DNA of 64,000 nt. It comes from an uncultured Anaerolineae bacterium. GTDB lineage: Bacteria; Chloroflexota; Anaerolineae; Anaerolineales; Villigracilaceae. This document shows, piece after piece, positions 10,147 to 19,508 of the stretch. The DNA is taken from the NCBI GenBank assembly GCA_937120535.1, contig CAKZJX010000022.1, positions 9,895 through 73,894 of the forward strand. Direction: 5' to 3'. The translations under genes and the position numbers were made by a program. The notes beneath the pieces were generated by a model, which worked only from the letters and a program-made list of their open reading frames with translations, did not search any database and was not told the DNA's origin. Position 1 is the first letter of the stretch. Each line of letters opens with the position of its first letter.

Positions 10147-12101
10147 ATTCGGAGATCGCCAAGGTGAAGCCAAGCGCCTCAACACCTTCATCCCCACCAA
10201 AGACCCTAGTCCTCTACTCGGCCCAGATAGTGGTCGCGGCCGCGAGCGCCTGCTGGTTTCTCGTATTGCTCTCCCTCCTCGCCGGCCCGGCGTTGGCCCA
10301 ATCGGCCGCCTACGCCGAGATCCACGCACCACAGACCTCCAACTTCCCCACCCTCTCCTTGCTGCTCGACGTGTACGACGCAGCCGGCCAATTCGTCGGC
10401 GGACTCCAGGCCCAAGACGTGACCGTGCTAGAAAACGGCGTCCCGCGACCGGTGCAAACACTCATCGAACAACCCCTCGGAGCCCAGATCGCCATCGGCA
10501 TCAACCCCGGGCCGGCGCTGGGCCTGCGCGACAGCCAAGGGATCACGCGCTACCAAAAAATCCAGCAAGCCTTGAGCGAATGGGCACAAGCGCGTGCCCA
10601 AGCCGCGGAGACCGACGACCTGAGTTTGGTCTCGATCATCGGCCCCCTGATCGCCCACACCACCCCCCAATCGTGGCTGTCCACCCTAACCGCCTTCCAA
10701 CCCAACTTCCGCGCCACCCGACCCAACATCCAATCCCTAGCCATCACCCTAGACATTGCCCTGGCGGCCACCCCACAGCCAGGCATGAAGCGCGCCGTCC
10801 TGTTCATCACCCCTCATCTAGAAGACCCCAATCTAGAAGACACCCTAGAAGTCATTCGCCAACGAGCCCAACAGACCCGCACCCGCCTGTTCATCTGGCT
10901 GGTGGACAACGAACTCTACTTCGCCCACAACAGCGCCCTGCTGCTGCGCAACCTAGCTGTCCAAACCGGCGGAGACTTCATCACCTTCTCAGGGCGCGAG
11001 GCCCTGCCCGATCCAGAGATCTACTTCGCCCCTCTCCGTCGAACCTACCAACTGACCTACCACTCAGCCCTAAACACCTCTGGCGATCACGCCCTAGCGG
11101 TGGAAGTCACCCTCCCCAACGGGACCCGTCTCACCTCCACCCCGGTCGTGATCGGCCTCAACGTACAACCTCCCAACCCGATCCTGATCGCTCTCCCCGA
11201 CCCGATCGAACGTCGTCCCCCCGCTGAAGATCCCTACAACACAGAACGGCTCCTGCCAGAGGAACAATTGGTTCAAGTCCTCTTCGAATTTCCCGACGGT
11301 CACCCACGCCCGATCGTCCGCACCGTCTTCTACGTGGATGGCCAGGTGGCGGCCGAAAACACCGACGGCGCCCTAGACCAATTCACCTGGGATCTGCGCC
11401 CCTACACTGCGAGCGGCCAACACATCTTACAAGTCGAAGCCACCGATAGCCTGGGGTTGACTGGCCGCAGCCTTGCCCTGCCGGTCAACATCTCGGTGGT
11501 CAAACCGCCTGGTGGACTTGTGATATGGGCAGCGCGCTATCGGCTCTTGATCGCCTGGGGTGCTGTCGCCGTAGCCGGCCTGGCATTGCTACTTGTCCTG
11601 TTCGGCAGTCTGATCTACCGAGCCCGGCACCGCGCCCGCGAACGACGACATCGCCATGCCGACCCACTGACCCAGCCGGTGCCGGCCACGCTCGAGTCGC
11701 CCACCGTGCGCCACAAAACCGCTCGACGATCCACCACCCAATCGATCGAAGCGCCGGCCCGATTGATCCCCCTGCTTCCCGACGGTCAACCAGCGCCTTC
11801 CTCCTCCATCCCCCTAGCCGACCCCGAAATCACCCTCGGCGCCGACCCAGTGCACGCCCTAGTGGTCCTAGACGATCCATCCATATCTCCCCTCCACGCT
11901 CGCATTCGGCGCCAAAACGGCGATTTCTGGATCTTTGACCAAGCCTCGGTTGCCGGCACCTGGGTTAACTACGAACCGATCCCCCAAGAGGGCTATCTCC
12001 TAAAACACGGAGATCGGGTACACTTCGGTTACTTGATGTATCGGTTTGAGCGAACCGCGCCTCCTCCGACGCCTGAACCACACATCCTTTTGCTGGCATG
12101 A
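10137..12101 (+). CDS. Membrane protein: VWA-like domain, Ig-like domain, TM helix, C-terminal FHA domain
   Basis: Hydrophobic N-terminal signal; [24 protein letters not shown]-associated motif; Ig-like segment (VFYVDGQ...[14 protein letters not shown]); TM ~470-495; FHA-like C-terminus. Exact start uncertain (GTG 10164 possible). Confidence 0.75.
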   Translation: MGINSEIAKVKPSASTPSSPPKTLVLYSAQIVVAAASACWFLVLLSLLAGPALAQSAAYAEIHAPQTSNFPTLSLLLDVYDAAGQFVGGLQAQDVTVLENGVPRPVQTLIEQPLGAQIAIGINPGPALGLRDSQGITRYQKIQQALSEWAQARAQAAETDDLSLVSIIGPLIAHTTPQSWLSTLTAFQPNFRATRPNIQSLAITLDIALAATPQPGMKRAVLFITPHLEDPNLEDTLEVIRQRAQQTRTRLFIWLVDNELYFAHNSALLLRNLAVQTGGDFITFSGREALPDPEIYFAPLRRTYQLTYHSALNTSGDHALAVEVTLPNGTRLTSTPVVIGLNVQPPNPILIALPDPIERRPPAEDPYNTERLLPEEQLVQVLFEFPDGHPRPIVRTVFYVDGQVAAENTDGALDQFTWDLRPYTASGQHILQVEATDSLGLTGRSLALPVNISVVKPPGGLVIWAARYRLLIAWGAVAVAGLALLLVLFGSLIYRARHRARERRHRHADPLTQPVPATLESPTVRHKTARRSTTQSIEAPARLIPLLPDGQPAPSSSIPLADPEITLGADPVHALVVLDDPSISPLHARIRRQNGDFWIFDQASVAGTWVNYEPIPQEGYLLKHGDRVHFGYLMYRFERTAPPPTPEPHILLLA

Positions 12102-12964
12102 TCCCCATCACCTGCGCCCACCTGCATGTGGCTGCTCTCAGTCACCCTGGTATGACCGGCAAAAACAACGAAGATCGCTGTGCTGTCTTATCTCACGTGC
12201 TGAGCGAATCCCATCCTATGCCATCGCTGTTTGCTGTCCTTTCGGATGGGATTGGCGGTCACCGGGCCGGTGAAGTGGCCGCGGAACTGGCAGTGAATCA
12301 CATCAGCCATGTAGTCTCCCAGAGCAATGGCCGTAACCCGGTGAAGATCATGGAAGAGGCCATCCATCAGGCCAGTCAAGCCATTGCCTACCATGCCTCG
12401 AACGATCCCAGTCGGAAAGGGATGGGGGCCACCTGCGCCTGTGCCTGGATCATCGGTCGTCACTTATACATCTCCTACGTGGGCGACTCGCGCATCTACC
12501 TGCTACGGAACGGCCAGCTGCGGCAGTTGACCATTGATCACACCTGGATCCACGAGGCGCTAGAGAAAAAGATCATCCAACCTGAAGACGTTCCCCACCA
12601 CCCCAACAGCCATATCATCCGCCGCTACCTGGGCTCTCCCAACCCACCTGAAGTGGATATCCGCCTAAAATTGCACCCCGCCGACAACGACGCCCAAGCC
12701 CGCAAGAACCAAGGCGCCCTGCTTTACGCCGACGACACGCTTCTGCTGTGCTCCGACGGCCTGACCGACATGGTGCCAGACCAGGACATTCGTGCCATTC
12801 TGCTCGACTCCAAAACCCCGAAGGTGGCTGTGCAGCATCTGGTAGCTTGTGCTAACGATCGCGGCGGTCATGACAACATCACAGTCATCGTGATTGCCGT
12901 CCCCCATGAACCCTCGCTCACCGCTAAGAAGAACGATTTATGGGGCTGGCTGACAGGGAGCTAA
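12098..12964 (+). CDS. PP2C-family Ser/Thr protein phosphatase
   Basis: NNEDR, VLSDGIGGHRAGEVAA, MGATC, VGDSRIY, LLCSDGLTD, GGHDNITV; ATGA overlap with the FHA gene. Confidence 0.92.
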   Translation: MIPITCAHLHVAALSHPGMTGKNNEDRCAVLSHVLSESHPMPSLFAVLSDGIGGHRAGEVAAELAVNHISHVVSQSNGRNPVKIMEEAIHQASQAIAYHASNDPSRKGMGATCACAWIIGRHLYISYVGDSRIYLLRNGQLRQLTIDHTWIHEALEKKIIQPEDVPHHPNSHIIRRYLGSPNPPEVDIRLKLHPADNDAQARKNQGALLYADDTLLLCSDGLTDMVPDQDIRAILLDSKTPKVAVQHLVACANDRGGHDNITVIVIAVPHEPSLTAKKNDLWGWLTGS

Positions 12965-13745
12965 TTCCGCTCCGACGCTGTCGCATCACCTCAAACATCA
13001 ACACCGAACCGGCCACAGCAGCGTTAAGCGACTCGGTTCGCCCTGTCATCGGAATAGCCACACGCTTGCTAGCCAAGCGACGCGCCTCGGCGCCGGCCCC
13101 GTACGCCTCACCTCCCACGATCAACATCAGCGACGGGCGCATATTCACCGTCCAGAACGGCTCGCCCTCACTTTCGGCCAACAACACCTGCAACCCAGCC
13201 GACTGCACCAGCCGACCGATCTCCTCCCATTCGACGGAGCGGATCGGCAAGCGAAAGTGAGCTCCCATGCCGGCCCGCAGCACCTTTGGCGCGAACGGGT
13301 CGGTCGTCTCCGGTGGCAAGAATACCGCTTCCACGCCGGCCGCTTCCGCCGATCGAAGCAGGGTTCCCAGATTGCCGGGGTCGCGAATCCGATCTAAAAC
13401 CAGAACAAACGTGATTCTCTCCGGCAGCGGCAATTCACGCCTTCCCAAGACAGCCAAAATCCCCTGAGAGGTTTCGGTATCGCTCAACGAACGCAGGAGC
13501 TCGGGGCTGACCTCCTCACAACTCACCCCACGGCTACGCAATACTTCTACCACTTTTCGTCCTCGCTCGCTTAGGGTAGCATCGAAAAGAGCGAGCTCAA
13601 AGCGCCAATCGCTATTAGCCGCCTCCTCCACCAAGCGCACCCCCTCGATCACAAACATTCCCGCAAGGCGACGTTTGCGTGCTCGCTCCTGGAGAGAACG
13701 CACCAGCTTGATCTTGGGATTGTGCGGCGAAGTAATCATAGCCAA
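12924..13745 (-). CDS. TrmH/SpoU-family RNA methyltransferase
   Basis: ITSPHNPKIK, IEGVRLVEEA, LDRIRDPGNLGTLLRSA, VGGEAYG, IPMTGRTESLNAAVAG. Confidence 0.92.
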   Translation of the reverse strand: MAMITSPHNPKIKLVRSLQERARKRRLAGMFVIEGVRLVEEAANSDWRFELALFDATLSERGRKVVEVLRSRGVSCEEVSPELLRSLSDTETSQGILAVLGRRELPLPERITFVLVLDRIRDPGNLGTLLRSAEAAGVEAVFLPPETTDPFAPKVLRAGMGAHFRLPIRSVEWEEIGRLVQSAGLQVLLAESEGEPFWTVNMRPSLMLIVGGEAYGAGAEARRLASKRVAIPMTGRTESLNAAVAGSVLMFEVMRQRRSGISSLSASPINRSS

Positions 13746-13788
13746 GGCGCCACCGGCCTATTTTATCAGCAAGCTCCCCTCAACAAGC

Positions 13789-13819
13789 CGATAGGGCGGA
13801 AAATCCATCCGCCCTATCG
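13789..13819. terminator. Perfect 11-bp hairpin, probable intrinsic terminator
   Basis: CGATAGGGCGG-N9-CCGCCCTATCG just after the stop of 13852..15879(-); U-tract weak. Confidence 0.6.
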
Positions 13820-13851
13820 TTGTTCTCGCACCTCACCAGACAGCCCCAAAC

Positions 13852-15879
13852 TCACTCGTTCGCCGCCAGAGCCGGCTCTGCAATCACCACAATCTGTTCG
13901 GGCTGTTGCACATAAATCGCCGGGTCGCCCTGATACCAGGTCACCACCCCCCGCACACGCACCGTCATTCCTACCCGATACAACTGCTCCGGCGGCGCCT
14001 CGAAATTCGACCATACCGATCGCATAATCCGCGCCTTGAACGTCCCCTGGTGAGGGTTGCTAAACCCCAACAACACCCCCTGTCGGTTGTTGAACACATA
14101 TCGCAACTCCCCTTCCACCGTCACCTCCCGCCCAGCATACCGCGCTGCCTCTTGATACGATATCACCGCCGGCGGCGGCAGCATGCTTCTCAACACGCCC
14201 TCTAAGGCCGCCAACGGGTCGCGGAACACGGCCAGCTGCGGCGCCCGGTTTGCGGCTGTGGGATGGCCGTTGCGGAAGGCCAGCACCGCCCCGTCCGTGC
14301 TTACGAAGTACACTGTATTTCCCCCCACCACCCACGACGCATATTCGCTCCAATACTGGTCGTAGACCGCCCCTTTCTGCCAGTAGTTATAAAACCCGCC
14401 TGGCCAGATCCGTGTGTTGTGCAATCCCAAATCACAATAACGATGTTGGCGAAACCCGGTCCCACATGCATCGTTATCTTGAGAGGCCACGACGTGAGGC
14501 AAATCCGCAGTGGTAATCGGATTGTAGCGACTGTCGCCGCGTGCAGGCGAGCGATCTGTAATCCGATGCGCAATCCCGGCTTCCCAGTGACCGGCAAACA
14601 GGTGATCGCCGGCCATGCTCAGGAAGGGTTGCTCATCGGTCGGAAAGAAGGTATTGCGAATATACCGCACATATCCCGCCTGATACCCTGGTACCGTAAC
14701 CTCATCCAGCACCATCTCCCCCAGGTGCGAGTCCCCTCTCGGATCGCAACTTGCTTCCACCGGGGGGGCGCAACCGCCGCGCATCACCACATAGGCCACT
14801 TCGGTGTTATCTGGGAAGTGCTTGATCACCGGCATAGGCCCGATCGGCAGATAGCCGCCATCGCCAAAACCACCGTTTCCCACATTTGGGATGAAAGCCG
14901 CCGAACCATCGTCCAGGTCCAGCGCAAACAGCGCCTGCTCTTCGGGGTTATTCTCCAGGAACGCACGCCATTGTTCGTTGTCGACCAGGGTATGCGACCA
15001 ACTCCACAACGACTCCCAATGCAAGCGATAGCGCACAAACACCACGCCATGGCGTTCGGCCACCACTGGCCAACCGTTTCGGGCGGTAGCGCGGTTTATA
15101 TCGGATCCCGGATCGCCCGGCTGCAACACTGTTGGCTTCACCCGCCAGGCGCGCGTGCCGTTGGTTGCTCGAATCGCATGCACGTGCAAACTGCGCGCCA
15201 CCACAACCACTAGCCCACGCGAAGCCGAGTAGGCCGGCGGCGTCTCCACCAACCCCCCAGCATCGTAACGCCAAATCCGTCGCATCGTCTGCTTATTCAC
15301 CGCGTGCACATACCGTCCCATCGAAAAATACACCCGCGTGTCCACCAGCGCCGGCGGCAGCGGCAAGTTGCTGCGCTGGCCGGTCGCATACTGCCCGAGG
15401 ATCGCCCCGGTACTAGCATGCAGACGGTATAAGATGCCGTTACGCGTCACCACGTACAAACTGTTCGTCGGCCCGTCATAGGCCGGCGTGGACAGCACTG
15501 CATCCCCGGCAAACTGCCGATTCCACACCACCCTGCCGTTCAGATTGTTGATCGCATACACGCCGCGCGTCCCCGCCGCCACATACACCCGACCACCTCC
15601 AACCACTGGTTGGCTGTTGCGCGGCAAGCCAAACTTCCCCGAAGGGATGTTTCCGTTGGCATCTGAACCGTTCCAAATCCACTGCAACCGCCACGGTGTG
15701 GGGATTGCGTTCGGCACATAGTGCGTCCGCTGAGCATTTCCCCCAAACTGGTTCCACACGTTGGCGCTGCTGCTTGGCGACGGCGCTTCACTTTCCAGGG
15801 CCGGCGCACTCCCGGCGCTCATCATCCATGATACAACAACGATCAAGACCACAAAAACAAAAAAATGGTTCCGCTTCAT
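13852..15879 (-). CDS. Secreted PQQ-like beta-propeller protein with C-terminal OB-fold domain
   Basis: Signal peptide; WNQFGGNAQRT start; repeats (GRVVWNRQ, STPAY, RRIWRYDAGG, ETPPAY, TRAWRVK); C-terminal EAARYAGREVTVEG...VRVRGVVTWYQGDPAIYV. Confidence 0.7.
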   Translation of the reverse strand: MKRNHFFVFVVLIVVVSWMMSAGSAPALESEAPSPSSSANVWNQFGGNAQRTHYVPNAIPTPWRLQWIWNGSDANGNIPSGKFGLPRNSQPVVGGGRVYVAAGTRGVYAINNLNGRVVWNRQFAGDAVLSTPAYDGPTNSLYVVTRNGILYRLHASTGAILGQYATGQRSNLPLPPALVDTRVYFSMGRYVHAVNKQTMRRIWRYDAGGLVETPPAYSASRGLVVVVARSLHVHAIRATNGTRAWRVKPTVLQPGDPGSDINRATARNGWPVVAERHGVVFVRYRLHWESLWSWSHTLVDNEQWRAFLENNPEEQALFALDLDDGSAAFIPNVGNGGFGDGGYLPIGPMPVIKHFPDNTEVAYVVMRGGCAPPVEASCDPRGDSHLGEMVLDEVTVPGYQAGYVRYIRNTFFPTDEQPFLSMAGDHLFAGHWEAGIAHRITDRSPARGDSRYNPITTADLPHVVASQDNDACGTGFRQHRYCDLGLHNTRIWPGGFYNYWQKGAVYDQYWSEYASWVVGGNTVYFVSTDGAVLAFRNGHPTAANRAPQLAVFRDPLAALEGVLRSMLPPPAVISYQEAARYAGREVTVEGELRYVFNNRQGVLLGFSNPHQGTFKARIMRSVWSNFEAPPEQLYRVGMTVRVRGVVTWYQGDPAIYVQQPEQIVVIAEPALAANE

Positions 15880-15882
15880 GGT

Positions 15883-16452
15883 TCATTCTCCTGACAACTC
15901 TGGTCGCCGCCATTCTTCCAGAAAGGCGTCAACCGTCTTTCGGTCCCATAACACTACCTTGACCAACTCAATCCCTGACTTCTGTCCCGAAAAGAAGTCG
16001 TCGAAGGTCTCAAACATGATCTGCGCTGCCCGTTCTTTCGGGAACCCGAAGATGCCCGTAGAAATGGCTGGGAAAGCCACTGACGAGCATCCCAGTTCTT
16101 CCGCCGTGCGCAGTGCACCTCGAATGGCTCGCTCTAGCTTCTCGTCTTCACCTCCTTCACCCCATACGGGACCCACAGCATGAATTACATACCGAGCGGG
16201 CAGATGTCCTCCAGAAGTCCAGGCCGGCCGATCGTGGGTGACGAGCCCATGAGTGCGTATCCAGGCATCGCTCTCCTCCTGGATCGCCGAACCCCCGCGA
16301 CGCACGATTGCCCATGCCACTCCGCCTCCGTGGTACAGGTAGGGATTGGCAGCGTTCACAATCGCGTCTACCTCTTCCAGTGTCAGGTCTCCTCGGACCA
16401 GTTGGATGACCTGCCCCGACGCCAAGCGCTTCTCCATCAGCATCTCGTTCAT
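15883..16452 (-). CDS. Macro domain protein (ADP-ribose / O-acetyl-ADP-ribose hydrolase family)
   Basis: GDLT, DAIVNAAN, HGGGVA, VIHAVGP, PAISTGIFGFP. Confidence 0.92.
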   Translation of the reverse strand: MNEMLMEKRLASGQVIQLVRGDLTLEEVDAIVNAANPYLYHGGGVAWAIVRRGGSAIQEESDAWIRTHGLVTHDRPAWTSGGHLPARYVIHAVGPVWGEGGEDEKLERAIRGALRTAEELGCSSVAFPAISTGIFGFPKERAAQIMFETFDDFFSGQKSGIELVKVVLWDRKTVDAFLEEWRRPELSGE

Positions 16453-16472
16453 ACGCTCATTTTAAACGAACG

Positions 16473-16502
16473 CGCCCGTCGACCTTTTTGATCGGACGGG
16501 CG
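16473..16502 (-). terminator. Hairpin after rplT, possible terminator
   Basis: CGCCCGTC...GACGGGCG 8-bp stem 30 nt after the rplT stop; weak U-tract. Confidence 0.45.
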
Positions 16503-16532
16503 GTTAGTACCTTTGTCTCATTTACAAAAGTG

Positions 16533-16883
16533 TTAGCCGCTGTGCGCTTTGGCAACCACTGCGGCAAAGCCGGCCGGGTCGCGCACCGCCAGCTCTGCCA
16601 GCATCTTACGATTCAGTTGAATGCCAGCTTTCCTCAGCGCAGCGATTAAGCGGCTATAGGTTGTGCCATTCCGCCGCGCCGCTGCGTTGATACGAGCAAT
16701 CCACAACGTGCGCAGATCGCGCTTGCGAGTTCGGCGATCTCGATACGCATACCACAAGCTCTTCAACATCGCCTCATTTGCGCGTCGGAAGAGAAAGTGC
16801 TTGGTGCCGCGCTGGCCTTTGGTGAATTTCAAAACTTTCTTGTGACGACGGCGTCCATACGGACCACCTTTCACGCGTGTCAT
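16533..16883 (-). CDS. rplT: 50S ribosomal protein L20 (bL20)
   Basis: MTRVKGG...[10 protein letters not shown]...[23 protein letters not shown]; GGAGG SD before ATG 16883. Confidence 0.97.
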   Translation of the reverse strand: MTRVKGGPYGRRRHKKVLKFTKGQRGTKHFLFRRANEAMLKSLWYAYRDRRTRKRDLRTLWIARINAAARRNGTTYSRLIAALRKAGIQLNRKMLAELAVRDPAGFAAVVAKAHSG

Positions 16884-17026
16884 GTTTCTACCTCCTGCGG
16901 ACCCTCGGGCGCCGACGGTTGCGAGAACCTGACCTGTTGCATACACCCGAAAGCCGCCAACTAGGATAATACGTTGGAACTACCTAAACAGAACCTATCG
17001 CCGGCAAACCGGACGAGTTTTATCCT

Positions 17027-17257
17027 CTATTCCTCCATGTTCGGCGCCAGACGACGGATGCGCTTAATATACCCTTTCCCCTGGACCGGGATCATTTCGG
17101 TGAACAAGCGCTTGGTGCGCTTCGAGGTGCGACGGCGCAGGTGGCTCTTACCCCCTTTGGTGCGCATCAATTGGCCGGTGCCGGTCAGGCGAAACCGCTT
17201 GGACGTAGCCTTGTGAGTCTTTAATTTAATCTTGCCGCTCTTCACTTTGCGGGGCAT
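17027..17257 (-). CDS. rpmI: 50S ribosomal protein L35 (bL35)
   Basis: KLKTHKATSKRFRLTGTG...KSHLR; lies between infC and rplT. Confidence 0.95.
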   Translation of the reverse strand: MPRKVKSGKIKLKTHKATSKRFRLTGTGQLMRTKGGKSHLRRRTSKRTKRLFTEMIPVQGKGYIKRIRRLAPNMEE

Positions 17258-17341
17258 GACCGTTTCTCCTTTCTGACAAAATGAACCGCGGGCTCGGCGT
17301 GCTCCCGCGGGCGAGAACTTTCTGCCTGAGCCAAGGGCTGG

Positions 17342-17884
17342 CTAGCCGAGCTTTTCAGCTTTCTTCTTGGCGTGTTTGGCCGGAGCGAGCACAACCATCA
17401 TTGTCCGTCCTTCCATTTGGGGAGGCTGTTCGATCACGCTGACATCGGATAGGCTCTGGGTGATCTCCTTTAGGTCTTCCAGCGCCAACTCCGGATAGTC
17501 CATCTCACGACCCCGGAATCGGATCGTAACCCGAACCTTGTGACCTTGCATCAGCCAACGACGAGCGTCATCCACCTTATAGCCGCGATGGGCTTCATTG
17601 GTCTTGGGCCGCAGACGGATCTCCTTAACCTCGATTTTGGTCTGTGCCCGGCGCGCTTCGCGCTCTTTCTTGGCGCGTTCGTAGATGAATTTACCGAAAT
17701 CCATCACCCGACAGACGGGCGGGTTAGCGGTTGGCGCCACCTCCACCAAGTCCAGTTCCGCCTCCTGGGCGATCTTCAAGGCTTGCTTGATAGGGACAAC
17801 ACCCAGGTTCGAGCCATCTGGACCGATCAACCGCACTTCGGGAGCGCGGATGCTCTCATTGACACGAAACTCATTAGCGCTGAT
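17342..17884 (-). CDS. infC: Translation initiation factor IF-3, probable non-canonical ATC start
   Basis: RVNESIRAPEVRLIG, DLVEVAP.A.PPVCRVMDFGK, KEIRLRP, GHKVRVTIRFRGRE; SD AAGGAG 6 nt before in-frame ATC at 17884. Confidence 0.95.
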   Translation of the reverse strand: MSANEFRVNESIRAPEVRLIGPDGSNLGVVPIKQALKIAQEAELDLVEVAPTANPPVCRVMDFGKFIYERAKKEREARRAQTKIEVKEIRLRPKTNEAHRGYKVDDARRWLMQGHKVRVTIRFRGREMDYPELALEDLKEITQSLSDVSVIEQPPQMEGRTMMVVLAPAKHAKKKAEKLG

Positions 17885-17949
17885 ATGCCTCTCCTTTAGG
17901 TAGTCGAACAAATGAATGCAAGAAATCTCTCCAGCGTTTGGGCGGGCGA

Positions 17950-17979
17950 ATGATACCATGAGCTCGGGCGAATCGTCAA
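17950..17979 (-). promoter_or_regulatory. Sigma70-type promoter of infC-rpmI-rplT
   Basis: Minus strand TTGACG-18 nt-TATCAT with extended TG. Confidence 0.65.
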
Positions 17980-17987
17980 TAAAATTT

Positions 17988-18151
17988 GGGCTTGTTCAAT
18001 AAATCTCTCTGGATGGTACAAACTATCTCTAGAAGAGCCACAAGCAGGCCGTTTGACCCTTGAATCGGCGGCTGATTGCATCGCTGATCCCCTCCTATGC
18101 TTGCTCTACCAGGCTCTCCTTGCGCTTCAAGAGTGCTTATTGAATAAGCCC
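17988..18151. mobile_element. MITE-like element, family 2, copy A (164 bp)
   Basis: TIRs GGGCTTGTTCAATAA / TTATTGAATAAGCCC (14 of 15 match); 143/164 identical by hand alignment to the reverse complement of 29159-29322. Confidence 0.85.
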
Positions 18152-18240
18152 AGCGAAATTGAGAAACGCTATCCTTCTGCCGGCCCAAGGAGTTGCTGAG
18201 CCATTCCCCAGTTAGGGCACAACGCAGCAAGCGGAAGGGC

Positions 18241-19443
18241 TCAGGGCGGTGGCAGGAAGTTCCAGGGATTCACCTTGTAGGAACCATGCATCAGTTCAAA
18301 GTGGAGATGGGCTCCCGAGGAGCGGCCAGTGGAGCCAATGGCGCCGATGGTTTGTCCACGGCCAACGCTCTCGCCGCAACTTACCCAAATTGAGCTGAGA
18401 TGAGCGTAGAGCGATTGCCAGTTGTCACCGTGATCGATCATGATCATGTTGCCGTAGCCGCCATCGTGCCAGCCGGCATAGACCACCACACCAGCATCCG
18501 CAGCGTAGACCGGATCGCCCGTCTGGCCGGCCAGGTCAATCCCCCAGTGATTGGTCTCTGGGCTGTAATCGTAACCGGAGAGATAACGGCGTCCGGTAGG
18601 CCAGACGTAGGAACCATAGCCAACCGCTCCTCCCTGAACTGGTCCGCAAGCACCGGGTCCCCAAGCACGGGCAATGGCCGGATCGTTGCGTGAGATGCCG
18701 AATGGGGCGTTCCAGGTGGTGAATTCTCGGCGACCGCCAGGGATGATCAACCACGTGCCCCTGGGGATGTTGGGGTTAGTGTAGTCGCCAACGGCGTCTG
18801 GATCGAGTTTGTTGCCGGGGTATTCGATAATATCGCGCGCAGTTACGCCGAAGTAGCGCGCCCAGGCCTCAAAGTTGATCCCTCCCAGCCATTCGTGGTA
18901 GACGCCGTCCACAGGTAGGATGTTGAGTTCTTGCCCCGGACGAAGGGCATGGGGATCGTCAGCCAGGATATTGTAGTTTCCCCACAGGATGGTTTGAGGT
19001 TTGAGCCCGAATTTCTCGGCGATGCCGAAGACGGTATCCCCCGGCTGGACGACGTATTTGAGGATTTCCTGGCGAGGACGGGTGGGAATGATGGTATGGG
19101 GTTGGGCAGAGCGCGCCAGGCCGAGCAAGGGGGTATCGGTGGCAGGCGGAAGACGATCTAAGGTCGGAGGGAGGGGGGCGGTTGAGTCGGCTATGAGAGC
19201 AGATACCGGCCGTAAGAACGAAGGGGCTTGCTCAAAGAACAGCTCCAAAAGCCAGAGGGCGGCGGCGATCAGAACGATCGTGAGAACGGTGGTGCCTAAC
19301 CTGAATAGACCCTCACCCAGGCCGATTTGGAACAGTGTTCGAAGCCAGCTGGGCAAAGCGTTCATTAGAGAGACGCCCGCCGAAGCCAGCAGATTTTCTG
19401 TGGATGGAAGGGGACGATCGTTGTTGTCTAGGAAAGGTTCCAT
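18241..19443 (-). CDS. LysM domain plus M23 peptidase, membrane-anchored cell-wall hydrolase
   Basis: TM segment; LysM YVVQPGDTVFGIAEKFGL; M23 HWGIDLA, SLYAHL, STGRSSGAHLHFE. Confidence 0.9.
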   Translation of the reverse strand: MEPFLDNNDRPLPSTENLLASAGVSLMNALPSWLRTLFQIGLGEGLFRLGTTVLTIVLIAAALWLLELFFEQAPSFLRPVSALIADSTAPLPPTLDRLPPATDTPLLGLARSAQPHTIIPTRPRQEILKYVVQPGDTVFGIAEKFGLKPQTILWGNYNILADDPHALRPGQELNILPVDGVYHEWLGGINFEAWARYFGVTARDIIEYPGNKLDPDAVGDYTNPNIPRGTWLIIPGGRREFTTWNAPFGISRNDPAIARAWGPGACGPVQGGAVGYGSYVWPTGRRYLSGYDYSPETNHWGIDLAGQTGDPVYAADAGVVVYAGWHDGGYGNMIMIDHGDNWQSLYAHLSSIWVSCGESVGRGQTIGAIGSTGRSSGAHLHFELMHGSYKVNPWNFLPPP

Positions 19444-19508
19444 AAAAAAATTGCGTGGTCATCATAACAAAGGGAAAAGAGCATGTCAAGTTGCCTTTTC
19501 ATGACAGC

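Noticed and set aside
10133-11227. Long alternative-frame ORFs (e.g. 10133..11227, 47401..48540, 25985..26905, 60632..61372, 60939..61742)
   Set aside because: They overlap well-supported genes, are Arg/Pro/His-rich and have no motifs; typical shadow ORFs of GC-rich DNA
17976-18230. Similar peptides in 17976..18230(-) and 29059..29424(+)
   Set aside because: Starts and stops lie outside the shared 164 bp and most changes are non-synonymous; treated as repeat read-through, with the third-position excess noted in findings
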